Positions 1-11,165 of a stretch of 64,000 nt of DNA are shown here, piece by piece. The stretch comes from Octopus sinensis. Its lineage: Eukaryota. The notes under the pieces are model-generated. The model was not told the origin of the DNA. It saw only the letters and a program-made list of their open reading frames with translations, and made no database searches. The stretch is taken from assembly GCF_006345805.1 (NCBI RefSeq), contig NC_043000.1, positions 60,388,001-60,452,000 on the forward strand. The letters run 5' to 3'. A program made the translations under genes and the position numbers. Every line of letters begins with the position of its first letter. Within the stretch, counting starts at the first letter, position 1.

Positions 1-352
1 AAGCTATAAAAACCATGTCAAAGCAGTCATTAGAACTCAATGCAGTCCTTTAGCTCATCAGATCCTGTCCAACTCATGCCAGCAAATATTGGTGACGACC
101 TATTGTGTATACTTTAAAAAATTGTCATTTTTTCCATAGAAGTGGGGTAAGTGATATTTTTTTCTTCTTCTGAATGATTCCATCAGAAGAATATCTCAAT
201 TTATAACATGAAAGTCAATGGTAAAGTAGGTTTCAGTAAGATTTTCAGAAACATGGAATTCAATAAGCAGAATGTCTGTATTTGTCATATTAAAAGATAA
301 AACTAATTTCAGTTATGCACTCCCAATATCTGAGCCAGTCATTTGATAACTT

Positions 353-700
353 GCATGACAGTGTCGTTAAGAATCTTGCTTTTCAACTATGTGGTTTTGG
401 GTTCAGTCTATCTGCATGAAACTTTGAGCAAGTGTCTTCTACTGTAGCACTGGGTCAACCAAAGCCTTATGAGTGAATTTGATAGATGGAAACTGAAAGA
501 ATTCTAATGCACCACTTGACAAGCAGTGTTGGTTTTGTTTACATTCCTGCAACTTAGCAGTTTGGTAAAAGAGACCAATAGATTAAGTACCAGGCTAAAT
601 AAGTATGAAGGCCAATTTGTTCAGCTAAATCCTTCAAGGTGATGCCCCAGCATGGCCACAATCCAATGCCTGAAACAAGTAAAATATAAAGGTAAAAGAA
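353..700 (+). mobile_element. tRNA-derived SINE (family A), degenerate near-full copy
   Basis: Head 'gcatgacagtgtcgttaag...gggttcagtc...gagcaagtgtcttctactgtagc' and tail 'ccccagcatggccacaatccaatgcctgaaacaag' match better-preserved copies at 41252-41610 and 50487-50890. Boundaries approximate. Confidence 0.7.
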
Positions 701-1217
701 GATATGCCCTTTATATCTTTTGCTCCTATGGAGGAAAAACAAAAAAGCATATTTATTTTTGCTAACGCTGCCAAAATGAAATCATTAGTATCAGCAATGA
801 AAATTGCAAAATGACGTTTGAGGAAATTTGCTTTTAATACTAAAACAAACAAAGAAGCATTTGTCTGAAACTAATGATTCAGTGAATAATATTTATAGTG
901 TTAACACACTTGCCTTAAAGCATATTTCTAATGAAACAAAGAGTAGTTTAAATGTTAACATTTGCAAACAATATGGATCAATATTTCCAATTTTAATTGT
1001 TTTCAAAAGGAATAAAATTCCACTTAGGAAAACCTAGTTTTGGAAAATTTTACAGAAACTGAAATGCATATATATTCTTATCTGAACATATCCCAAATGT
1101 CTTTAATGTCGACCAGCAAACAAAACATAGCCATTCCAGCCATAATGAATAGTCAATCTATTAATAACTAAACTCCATTTCCTGTTTCTGCTCAAATGAC
1201 TTCATATACGCACACAT

Positions 1218-1244
1218 ATATATGTATTACTCCTTGTACTTCAA

Positions 1245-1322
<78 letters not shown>

Positions 1323-1412
1323 GTATATGTATATGTATGTATATATGTATGTACGTACGTACGTATGTACGTATGTATGTATGTACGTACGTATGTATGG
1401 ATGTATGTATAT
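1218..1412. repeat. Compound (TA)n/(TATG)n/(TACG)n microsatellite
   Basis: Seen directly. It generates the spurious YI-repeat ORFs at 1222-1454. Confidence 0.95.
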
Positions 1413-1538
1413 GGCTTGAAGTACAAGAAGTTTACCATGTGTATGGAATTCCACTGAAGACCATACTATTAAAATAACTGCGTGCAGTGAAAGTAATTTC
1501 AGATTCCAATATCTTCATGGTTCTGTGTCAGTTGTTGT

Positions 1539-1545
1539 TCTCTCT

Positions 1546-1596
<51 letters not shown>
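1539..1596. repeat. (CT)n microsatellite
   Basis: Seen directly. Confidence 0.95.
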
Positions 1597-1600
<4 letters not shown>

Positions 1601-2159
1601 TTGTAATACGCTCCATTCCCAACAAATAACAAAGATCTAGCGATTCAGACAACCTAATGGCAACAAAATTGCTGTCTGGTAGATTGTTTGTACAATTTTT
1701 ATGTTAGCAGCACCTACTAAAAGCCTTATATTGTAATTGCTCTCTCTCTTACTGCAGGATTCTTGCATGGGAAAAATCATTAAAATCAAATGTGAGGCAA
1801 GAATGGTAACAATGCCATTTCCTGCAAAATTCTAAACCATCAAAATATCACATTAAAAACTTTTAATTAATAATTTGTTTAAAGTATATTTTCTAATTCA
1901 AAATATATTCAAAAGTGAATAAAACTATACAAATGCAACTAAAATGGTTTTCCTACACATTATTCAGCAGATTCAGACATGACTCTGTGTTTAAGTTCAC
2001 TTAACAACCTTATGTTTATGGGTTCAATACCATTGTGAAGCATTTTTGGTAAATGCTTTCTTCAATAGCCTTGGATCAACTAATGCTTTGTGAGTGAAAT
2101 TTGGTTAGTGAAAACTATAGATTTGGTAAACAAACATATATGCCTGTGTTCGTGTATAC

Positions 2160-2459
2160 CACTGGTTCCCAAAGTGGGCAGTACTGCTCCCTTGAGGATG
2201 GTGGAAAGATCCAGGCATGGAGTGGGGGCACTGAAGAAAAGTGGGGCAATAATGGGGTGGCCAAAAAGGGGATGATTGATATAAAAGAAAACCCAAAATA
2301 ATGGGTTAATTAGGTTAAGTTTTATTTGTGAAATACAGCTGTTTTAAATTTGTTACAGAAAGTAGTCTATATTTGTGGTGCTGAGGGGATGGGGCGGGCA
2401 CCAGGTGTGTGGCATAGGCGCCGAGTGGGCAGCAGCCTGAAACAGCTTGGGAACCACTG
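2160..2459. mobile_element. hAT (Buster-type) MITE, 300 bp
   Basis: TIRs CACTGGTTCCCAA (2160) and TTGGGAACCACTG (ends 2459). Perfect 8-bp TSD GTGTATAC at 2152-2159 and 2460-2467, fitting nnnTAnnn. Confidence 0.9.
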
Positions 2460-3917
2460 GTGTATACAGATATAAATTGTTGCAACAATTGTAGGTTAAA
2501 AAAAAAAAATGTAACTTAATACACAGGCAAATTTACCTATTCAACAAATAAAGATCAATAAATACCTTGAAGACAATACCCAAGTGGAGCTGCATTTCAA
2601 TAACAGAAGCTGAACACTAAAATAACCCGAAAGTGAAATATCTCATTCTAACATACCTCTTGGACAACATTCTTTATATAACCATACAGAATAAACTGTT
2701 CTATTTTCATACATTTTTTGAATCTAATAAAGATAAAAAGGTATCAGATTTATAAAAAGGTAAAAATGAAACTATGAGATGTTAATGCCTTTTCCAGAAA
2801 TTTATTTACTCTGTATGGTACTTTCTTCACTCTAGTAAAGTTTCCTTAATAATGGCTATGTAATTCTCTATTATCAAGGCACAAAGACAGAAAATTGAAC
2901 ACTTGAGACAGGAGGCAAATCTATTGAACTAGATCTTGATCCAATTTAGGATAATTGCACTGATATTGGATGGGTATATTGTCCACTATGATTCAAATTT
3001 TCATCTAAATTTCATGATTTACAATTGAAAATAAGGAATCATTTTGCTACATGGCTAATTATCCAGTATAGTCACCTAGCATCTTTTAGAAAGATTTACA
3101 TCATGGATTTACACAAAACACTTTGGGAGATTTTTATCATTATAATGATTCTTCAAATTTAAACAAAATATTTGACTCATCTTAAGTATTGCATAAATAT
3201 TCTGTTTAACATCAAGAGATGTCTGTATGATAACCATATGGTGTTGAAATAAGTAAGAAACTATATAGGTCTATATCTTATTTGCATTAAAACAAAACAT
3301 AAAGAACAAGATTTGATAAGATAAAAACAGTTAAAAAACTTTTTCACATATTCTAATATATTGAAGTAAAGCAAGTATTATCATTTCCTTCTAATCTTAA
3401 CATTGTGGTAGATGTTTTCTAAACACAAACTAAGCAACACATCAAAGAAAACAGTGAAATGATATAATGCAACCTCATATATTATTCAAAAAAATATTCT
3501 AAAAGGAAAATACATACATATGCATATACACATATCTATGCACACAAACACATGCAGATCCATAAACACACATATATATCATTCAGTTATACATAATTTA
3601 ACTCATGCTCAAAGGAACATCAATTGCAAAACACATACACCCACATACATAGATACACATGCATATGCATTCATATTCATGCACTTGCACAAATATGTAT
3701 AAATGCACACATGCATAAGTAAAAGAAAATTAGATATCACCTCTAGCTCTACCCAACCACAGGTGACACATGTATCTTCCTATCTCTATTCATCTTGACA
3801 GAGCCTTCTGAATATCAGTTAGAATGCCTAGAAGTATTCATTCTAGTTCTCTGCACTCTGAGTTCAAATCCTGCTAAGACCAAGTTTATCTTTCAGCCTT
3901 ACCAGTTTGGAGTGAAT

Positions 3918-3956
<39 letters not shown>

Positions 3957-4317
3957 CTATCTCTCTCTTTCTTAAAGGTTCAGATGTTCAATACATACAT
4001 GTCATGATGGTGCTCCATCAGAGGCTCATGGCTCAAATCAAAGAATTATGTTCCCCATTCACTGGTTCCATACTAACTTTACATGAACAATCCTTGCTTC
4101 CCAGAAGAGCAGCCCACTAGAATTCCATTATCTTGCTCAAATCAATATACAAATGCTTAAACTGAACATCAACCACTGGTTGTAAAGGACCTGAACAGGG
4201 TCATGGAGGATGCTGCGCATCCCTCCTGAATAAATCTTGAACACACACACACATATACATCATAATTGGGTATAGTTTATATCTGCAAAAAAAGGGAACA
4301 TGAACAAAATGCAGAGA

Positions 4318-4848
4318 ATAGAGGCAATGGTGAAGGATCGAGATCTCTGGAGATATGCTGTGACTGCAAAGACCCGGGCTGCTTCCTGCACCAGTTCCGC
4401 ATAGCCCCTGCCCATTCAAAGTACCTTGGATTCCAGAACATCCCGCTGTGCTTGAGGAGACCTATTGAGTCAAGTACATGAACATCGAAATAAATATCAA
4501 TGGAAATAGTAGTTGTGATACCTGTGCCGGTGGCACATAAAAAGCACCATCCAAATGTGGCCGATGCCAGCGCCACCTTGACTGGCTTCCGTGCCAGTGG
4601 CACGTTAAAAGCACCAACCGATCGTGGCCGATGCCAGACTCCCCTGGCACCTGTCCCGGTGGCACGTAAAAAGCACCCACTACACTCGCGGAGTGGTTGG
4701 CATTAGGAAGGGCATCCGGCTGTAGAAACACTGCCAGATCAGACTGGAGCCTGGTGCAGCCCCTGGCTTCCCAGACCCCGGTCGAACCGTCCAACCGGTG
4801 CTAGCACGGAAAACGGACGTTAAACGATGATGATGATTATCATCATCA
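4318..4848 (+). mobile_element. 5'-truncated RTE-clade LINE 3' end (ORF C-terminus, 3' UTR and (GAT)n tail)
   Basis: 4321-4404 translates EAMVKDRDLWRYAVTAKTRAASCTSSA*, an RTE-like C-terminal DRxxWR motif. The 3' UTR carries repeated GTGCC-NNN-GGCAC units and ends 'aaacggacgttaaacgatgatgatg'. Confidence 0.75.
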
Positions 4849-5214
4849 TACAAGCAAAGCAGGTTTTATAACTAAAAACTTTATCTAAATCTAACAGACC
4901 TACAGTTGTCAAATGCACTTGTTTGGATCTAAAATTATCACCGCAAAAAAAAGAAAAATTTATGTACAAAGCACTTTACCATGTGTCAGGTACCTGTGTA
5001 ATACAAGCCATGGAAGATGCCTCTCATTATACACTAAATGTGTTGTGGAAATGTGTAATGTGATTGAATGTAGTTCATAACCAAAGTGTGTGTATGTGAG
5101 TGCTTGTGTGTGTGCGCGCGCATGTGCAATTGTGTATGCTGATGACACATTAAAAGCATCCAGCACACACTGTGAAGTGGTTGGTGTTAAGAAGGGCATC
5201 CAGCTGTAGAAATC

Positions 5215-6745
5215 AAAAAAGTTCCTCATGTCATGGCTGTCAGCAAAGGATTGGAGTTGGACATCTTTGGCTTGCTACCATTGATTCTCGATCTCGTGGA
5301 TCCTTCTTTGGCAGAGTGACTTGGCTTCCCTGAATCTGGCAAGTTTCGTGGAACATGAGGGGTTGTTCAGATGTTCAATGAGTGCCGATCGCTTGGCATC
5401 AATCAGGGTGGAGATTTCAAGACTATTTGAGTTGAACCAGTCTGCATAAGATCGCTTTTGGAAACTGATGTTCTCTCTCGCAGATTTGGTGATGATGTTT
5501 TTGAGCGTAGTCTACTCAGAGCTGTCACATGGGGGGTTTTCATTCAACTTCTTTTTGACAGACCCTTGAAAAAGACAGACTTTCTGGAGGTTTCGGAGGG
5601 CAGTGGTGTCATACTTCCTCCGGGGAGGTGGATTTGATCTTGGGGGGAATGTCTTCTTCTTCAGAGTCCATCTTATCTGCGTAACAACCAGATGGTGGTC
5701 GGTCCAACAGACATCAGCAGATAGCATAGAACAAATGATCAGAACATCTTTGAGATCACATTGTCTTGTGATGGCATATTCTAGGAGGTGCCAATGTTTG
5801 GATCTGGGATGTTGCCATATAGTCTTGAAGCAGTTCCACTGCCTTAAGAAGGTGTTTGTGATAGCAAGTTTGTGTTCAGAATACAGTCCAAGAAGATGTC
5901 CATTTGCATTGGAGTTCCTGACTCCATCTTTCCTGACAACCTTCTCCCATAGATGATGGTCTCTGCCAACCCTTGCGTTGAAGTCACCCAGTAGGAGAAT
6001 TTTGTCTGAACTGGGGACAGCTGTGAGTTGTTGGTCAAGTTGATTGTAGAACTCTTCCTTTATGTTGTCCTCAGCATCCAGTGTTGGATCATAGATGGAA
6101 AAGATAGTGATGAAAGATGTTGAGAGAGGAATTCGGATGGACATGATTCTCTCTATGATGCAAGACGGAGTCAGACTGAAGGATTTTATGAGTTTTGTCT
6201 TGATTGCAAAACCCACACCATGCATATGAGGTTGACCAGGCTCCTTTCCTTTCCAGAAGATCGTATATCCAGAACCTTGTTCTTCAAGTGATCCTTCCCC
6301 TGAGAACCTGGTTTCACTCAGAGCTGCAAAGTTCACACCGAAACAGCTCAGTTCGTGTGTGATGAGGGCTGTTCTTCTGACAGGTCGATTTGTGTCCTTG
6401 TGATCTAGTAGTGTCCAAACATTCCAAGTAGCAAAGTTCATTATAGTGTTTCGGCTGCAGAATGGGTGACCCGCTGAATGCAGCTTTCCAGTCAAGTAGA
6501 GTTGCGACATCTGATGTTTAGCCCACCTCATTCAAGGCCTTCCTCATTCAAGGTGGGCAGCAGGAATCCTAAATAGGCCAGCCCAGTCGTGAACATAGCT
6601 ACCACCCAAAGGAGTTGCAACAAGGTCTCTGATTGAGCGATCATCACATGCTCACCACCTATGTATAGGATAGGCACTAGAGACTTCCAGTTCCACCAAG
6701 GCCTGTCCCTGTTATCCGTAGCCTGCCGCCACAGGACTTTTTTTA
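5215..6745 (-). mobile_element. RTE-clade LINE fragment: 5' UTR, AP endonuclease and linker, truncated before RT
   Basis: ORF 5512-6531 has APE motifs (ATWNVWTL, AALSETR, ILLLGDFNARVG, WQHPRSKHWHLLEY, WTDHHLV). The frame continues through two TAG stops to ...ADSHDMRNF at about 5215, where a SINE-tail fragment follows. Confidence 0.9.
5512..6531 (-). pseudogene. LINE apurinic-like endonuclease domain ORF (339 aa, premature stop)
   Basis: ORF-track translation shows EEP-fold catalytic motifs as listed for the parent element. Confidence 0.85.
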
Positions 6746-7249
6746 AAAATATAATATATAATATATAAGCAGGCAAAAATATAGTCGTGTTTCTACCAAA
6801 AAAAAAACAGTCGAAAGGAAGATTGATTGAAGAGATTAAGTTTAATAAAACTACTTTTCAATGTGTTATAAACAAAAAAGAAACTGTTTGATATTCGTTT
6901 TGTTACCCGAGGTTACAGGTCATAAAACAAACATGATTAAAAGCATTTTAAGTATGACAAACACAGCTTTCATTTTCAGGCACAATGTATCCAATTTTCA
7001 CCTTTCCTTTTGGAACATGATTGGGTGTGATTTGAGAGAGAATTGGTTACTATTTCTAACTAGTTGGTTGCATACTGATATTGAAAATTTGGTAATGGAC
7101 ACTGTTTTCGTATGTTAGCTCCATTGTGTAACTGAAGATTTTCTCTTTAGATGCATCTGAGGCCTACTTCTAACAATATCTGTTACATTCTTCTACACTG
7201 TTCTTTGGTTAGTCTGTTAAACTCATAAATGTCTTTCTTTGGCTTTAGG

Positions 7250-8110
7250 AACTTCTGATAAAGTCATTATGCATGCAAAGCCATATCAAAAGTATGCAGC
7301 TGGCAAAAGAATTTCTTGATCACTGCTTCTTCAAAATAGTTTTCTATGACAATATCAGTAGAGGCTCTACAATCTACATGAATATGTTTCCAAACAGACA
7401 CCAAATCTCCACAAGATCATGGCTCAATTGTCTACATTTACATAATTTGTACAGTTGTGTGTTGCCTATTCTGATTGACCGTCACATGTTAAAAAGAAGA
7501 TGTAGTGTTTGTAGTGGATAGAATCCAACTGCTATATCTAACTTATCATTCCCCATATTATTGCATTGTGAAGCAACATTACCTTTGTTTAATAAATGCA
7601 TTCTAGATAGATAGAGCTTTTTCCACACAACCCATGAGATGACGGCTAATCCTAAAAGTTTAGATTTATTAAAATGTAACTACTGGTAGCTTTGTCCTCA
7701 AGGGTATGTTTTCAGCAACATTTAGAAGGAATCCAGCATTTTTATCTCTACTTCTAGCTAATTCTGTCAGGTCTTACAGCTGATGGTGGTAAATTTCATC
7801 TTATCTATGTTTACATAAAGGAACCATTCCAAAAGTGCCTTGGGTGTTAGTTCTTTCATAATTTGTAAAAATGCTGTATTGACTGAGATAAAATCCACAT
7901 CAACTTTTATAGCTTCTATTGGTAATGTTAGCATTCTGTTTTTGTTTTTTTTTTTTGTTTTTTGGCAAACTAGAGCTCTCAGATGTCTCAATGCAACCTC
8001 AAGATATGCTACGAAGATAATTAATGAAAGTAAGTTACCTTGCGGTATTCCATTGGTGCCATTGGCAGGGGTCACGACTGAGGTGAGCAGTGGGGAGGGA
8101 TAATTATATA
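7250..8110 (-). mobile_element. Decayed RTE-like reverse transcriptase fragment
   Basis: TNGIPQGNLLSLIIFVAYLEVAL (RT QG motif) and IKVDVDFIS (degenerate YADD). Downstream remnants with stops and shifts: KNAGFLL, LLHNAIIWG, QLDSIH, WCLFGNI. Confidence 0.75.
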
Positions 8111-11009
8111 TAATTAATGTCAGAGAACAACGAGTGCTTTGAAGAAGAAAAATAAATAAGGTGATAAGGAAGCAATTCATGAAGGGTAAGCTAGTATTAA
8201 TGGTGTTTGAGGAACAATGAAAATAATGAGAGTACTATAGCTGTGAAAGAAAGGTTATTCAGGATGCTGAAGTTAAAAGGACTGCTGATTATGATAATGA
8301 TAGATCAAGGTGTAAGGACAAGATAGAAAAACAAAATAACATCAATGGTATGACAATAACCAGGCTTAATCCTAAGAATAGTTTCTAATTTATGCAAAAG
8401 ATCAGCAGCTTTGAGGGGAATAGTTAGCCAATACAGTCAACCACAGTATTAGACTAGCACATTCATTTATTGACCCCAGGAGGGATGAAAGCAATGTTGA
8501 CCAATTAATCTTCATAATATAAATCCATTCTTATTCATTAGACTGTTTGACAACAGGAATAGCACTTACTCATGGAATTCACTATTTTCACTTTTGCAGC
8601 TCAAAAAAACCATAACAGCCTTCAGTTAGTTATTTAGTAAAGATTAGTAAAGATCATCACATATTAAGATATAGGATTTAGTTGCATAATTGCTGGTACT
8701 GTTTAGCCTCATATCAGCTCTGATCCAGCAAAGCAAACCTTTGATCAAAAGGTAATCTGGCCACAACTATTTCATCCTTTCAGGAATGTGTAAAACTATA
8801 TCCTTTCCTTATTTAAAGACAACAGAGTGTTATTTGACTATTATTTCTAGCAGGTTATTGTTTCTAAAATGTCCATGTAGAGGTTCTCTAATTAGCTCAT
8901 TTAGCTGAATAGCTTGTTTAGTCCAAGTCAGAGAAAACCTTTGATTATAGTCATTCCAGCCAGCAGTCCAACATGATTTTTTTTAAAGACAACAAGATGA
9001 AATTTGAGGGTGTTGTAGCTTATTGTTTCTAGCAGTTTGAGTTTCTACCAACTAGTTTAGCTGCATAGTCTTTAATAAAGGTTGAAAAACCGGTGCATTC
9101 TGCAAGCAATGAAACATTTCTTTCATCTTCGATGCAGTTAATTCATGTTTGATAAGAATCTAATTGATAATTATACTACCAGAAGATAAATTTAAACCAA
9201 AGAATTTAGTATCCAGGTAAATTATCTTCATGAATCCTTCTAAAAGATCATACAAGATGTTCACAGCAGCTTAGTGTATATTTGGATGTATTGCAGAGAA
9301 CAAAATAACATTTAATTTTTATATTGCACTTAGTTACATGACAACCATCAATTAAAATTCTAGTGAAACTTTATTAAAAGATCAACAATAAAAGCACAGA
9401 AACTGCTCTGTCAACAAGAAATATTCCCTTCTGAGAGAATAAACTTGACATACATCTGAGCATAAAATAGCTCCAAAGTTTTTCTTTCTTTTTTTTTTCT
9501 TCTATTTCTGTTTGTTTATGAAAGAATATTTTCATTAATAAACAGTTTGTTGTAAGAAAATGTTAATAAAAAGTTTTGTTATTATTTACAAATGCTATTT
9601 TAACCTTCAGTTAAAATGTTTCTCAGTTTTAAAACCATTTTTTCAGTTCATGAATGAATGTGTTAGAAAAAAAGAAAATAAGATAGTAAAAATGAAAAGG
9701 AATAGCATTGCAAATTTTTAAGCCCAATTTTAACACTTCTATTAACTTTCCATTCATATAAAATTAATAAATATATTTCTCTTTATATTTAAATTTTCTA
9801 CAGAAATTTATATTCCTAATATTGTTTTTGAAATTCTTTAAAACATAACTTGTATACTCCTTAAAAATTTCACTTCATTTTTTTTTTAGTTTTATATTTT
9901 TTTTAAATAACCAGTTGAGATTTTTTGTTTTTTTTTTAAATAACCAGCTTAGGGTATATAATGTTCTTTGGTTAAAAAAAACCCAAAAAGACCACTATCC
10001 ATCTTAGCTGCATTTTCCTATAGAAAGCTGGCACCAGGAAATATCTAGAATCCTCTACCAAACAAAAATTTTTCTTACTTGAATAGCAGTGTAGTTGTAT
10101 TTACAGCAGGACTATTGATTTTCTTCAATACCTTACAATAAAAAGGTGACAGCCAATTCTATTGTTATCAGATGGAGGGAAAAATTACTGATTCTTTTGT
10201 TGCCTAGCTTTCAGGATCAGGTGTGTAAAGAAAAGATAACATTTTTACAGGCAGAGGCATTAACTTTATTTATTCATTTACATTTGATATCAACATCTGT
10301 GTTTTACATCACTCTAACACCCATAAATACAATGAATTATTCTAAGCTCTACATATTTCTTTTGTTAGACAAATATAATCAGCTGAATTTTTTCTAAGTA
10401 TATTACTGGTACAGCTTTTTAAATCAAGACTGGAGGAAGATGGAAACAAAGGTTAACTCTGGTTAGATTTGAAATCAGAATAATCTAGCAAATACTAAAT
10501 TCATTTAAAGCATCCTAGTTTAAGAGTTTAAATAAAAACAATTTCACATTATTCTTTTGTCTGTTTTTAGCATGTCAGCATGAGCTGAACATGTCTAAAG
10601 ACCAGTATATTTCAAATTGTTCCTACTCTTTGCTGTAATATCTATAAAATAAAACTTTCTAAGATCAAAGCTAACATACTTGTAGTCTTCTTTGGTTGGC
10701 ATCAGCTCTAGTAATTGTCTCCTTAAGAACTCACCACATATTTTCACTAAGCAAGTATCATCCACATTCAATAAATATCTAAACCAATATAGTTTATCAC
10801 ACATGCATTAATCAAAGGCTTTTTTTTTTTAATGGTTTACTCAGAGAACAAAGAACAGTTCATAATAACCTTTTTCAGGACCTACCGGAAACCTTGTTTA
10901 AATGCTTGCAACTGAATGGACTCTGCAAAAGATAGTAAGGCCAGGTGACTGTTCAACCAGATAGCAGATTGAATGTACCATCCCCAGAACAAGTACCACC
11001 ACTACTAAC

Positions 11010-11165
11010 AAACTTCTGAACAGTTTCTATCAAATTTTATTCACACGGCATTGGTCAACCCAAGCATATAATGGAAGACACTTGCCCAAAGTGACACATA
11101 GTGGGATCAAACCCCAAACTTCACAGTTACAAAACAAACTTGTTGACCACATAAGTCATACCCAG
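11010..11165 (-). mobile_element. Family A SINE head, degenerate
   Basis: Reverse complement of the SINE head ('gaagacacttgcccaaagtgacacatagtgggatcaaacccc'). A similar copy lies at about 15345-15490. Confidence 0.6.

Noticed and set aside
1222-1454. ORFs rich in YI/YV/HT repeats (also 45135-45505, 59985-60768, 61710-62171)
   Set aside because: They are translations of microsatellites and SINE sequence.
5603-5956. Plus-strand 117-aa ORF, and 46119-46645 plus-strand ORFs
   Set aside because: They are antisense shadows of retroelement ORFs.
6540-6745. HDV-like ribozyme in the RTE 5' UTR
   Set aside because: Known for some RTEs, but I could not assemble the nested P1-P4 pseudoknot by eye.
10595-10804. 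Protein-like ORF (YLLNVDDTCLV, vaguely like a glycosyltransferase DxD region)
   Set aside because: Short, similarity not convincing, and splice signals ambiguous.
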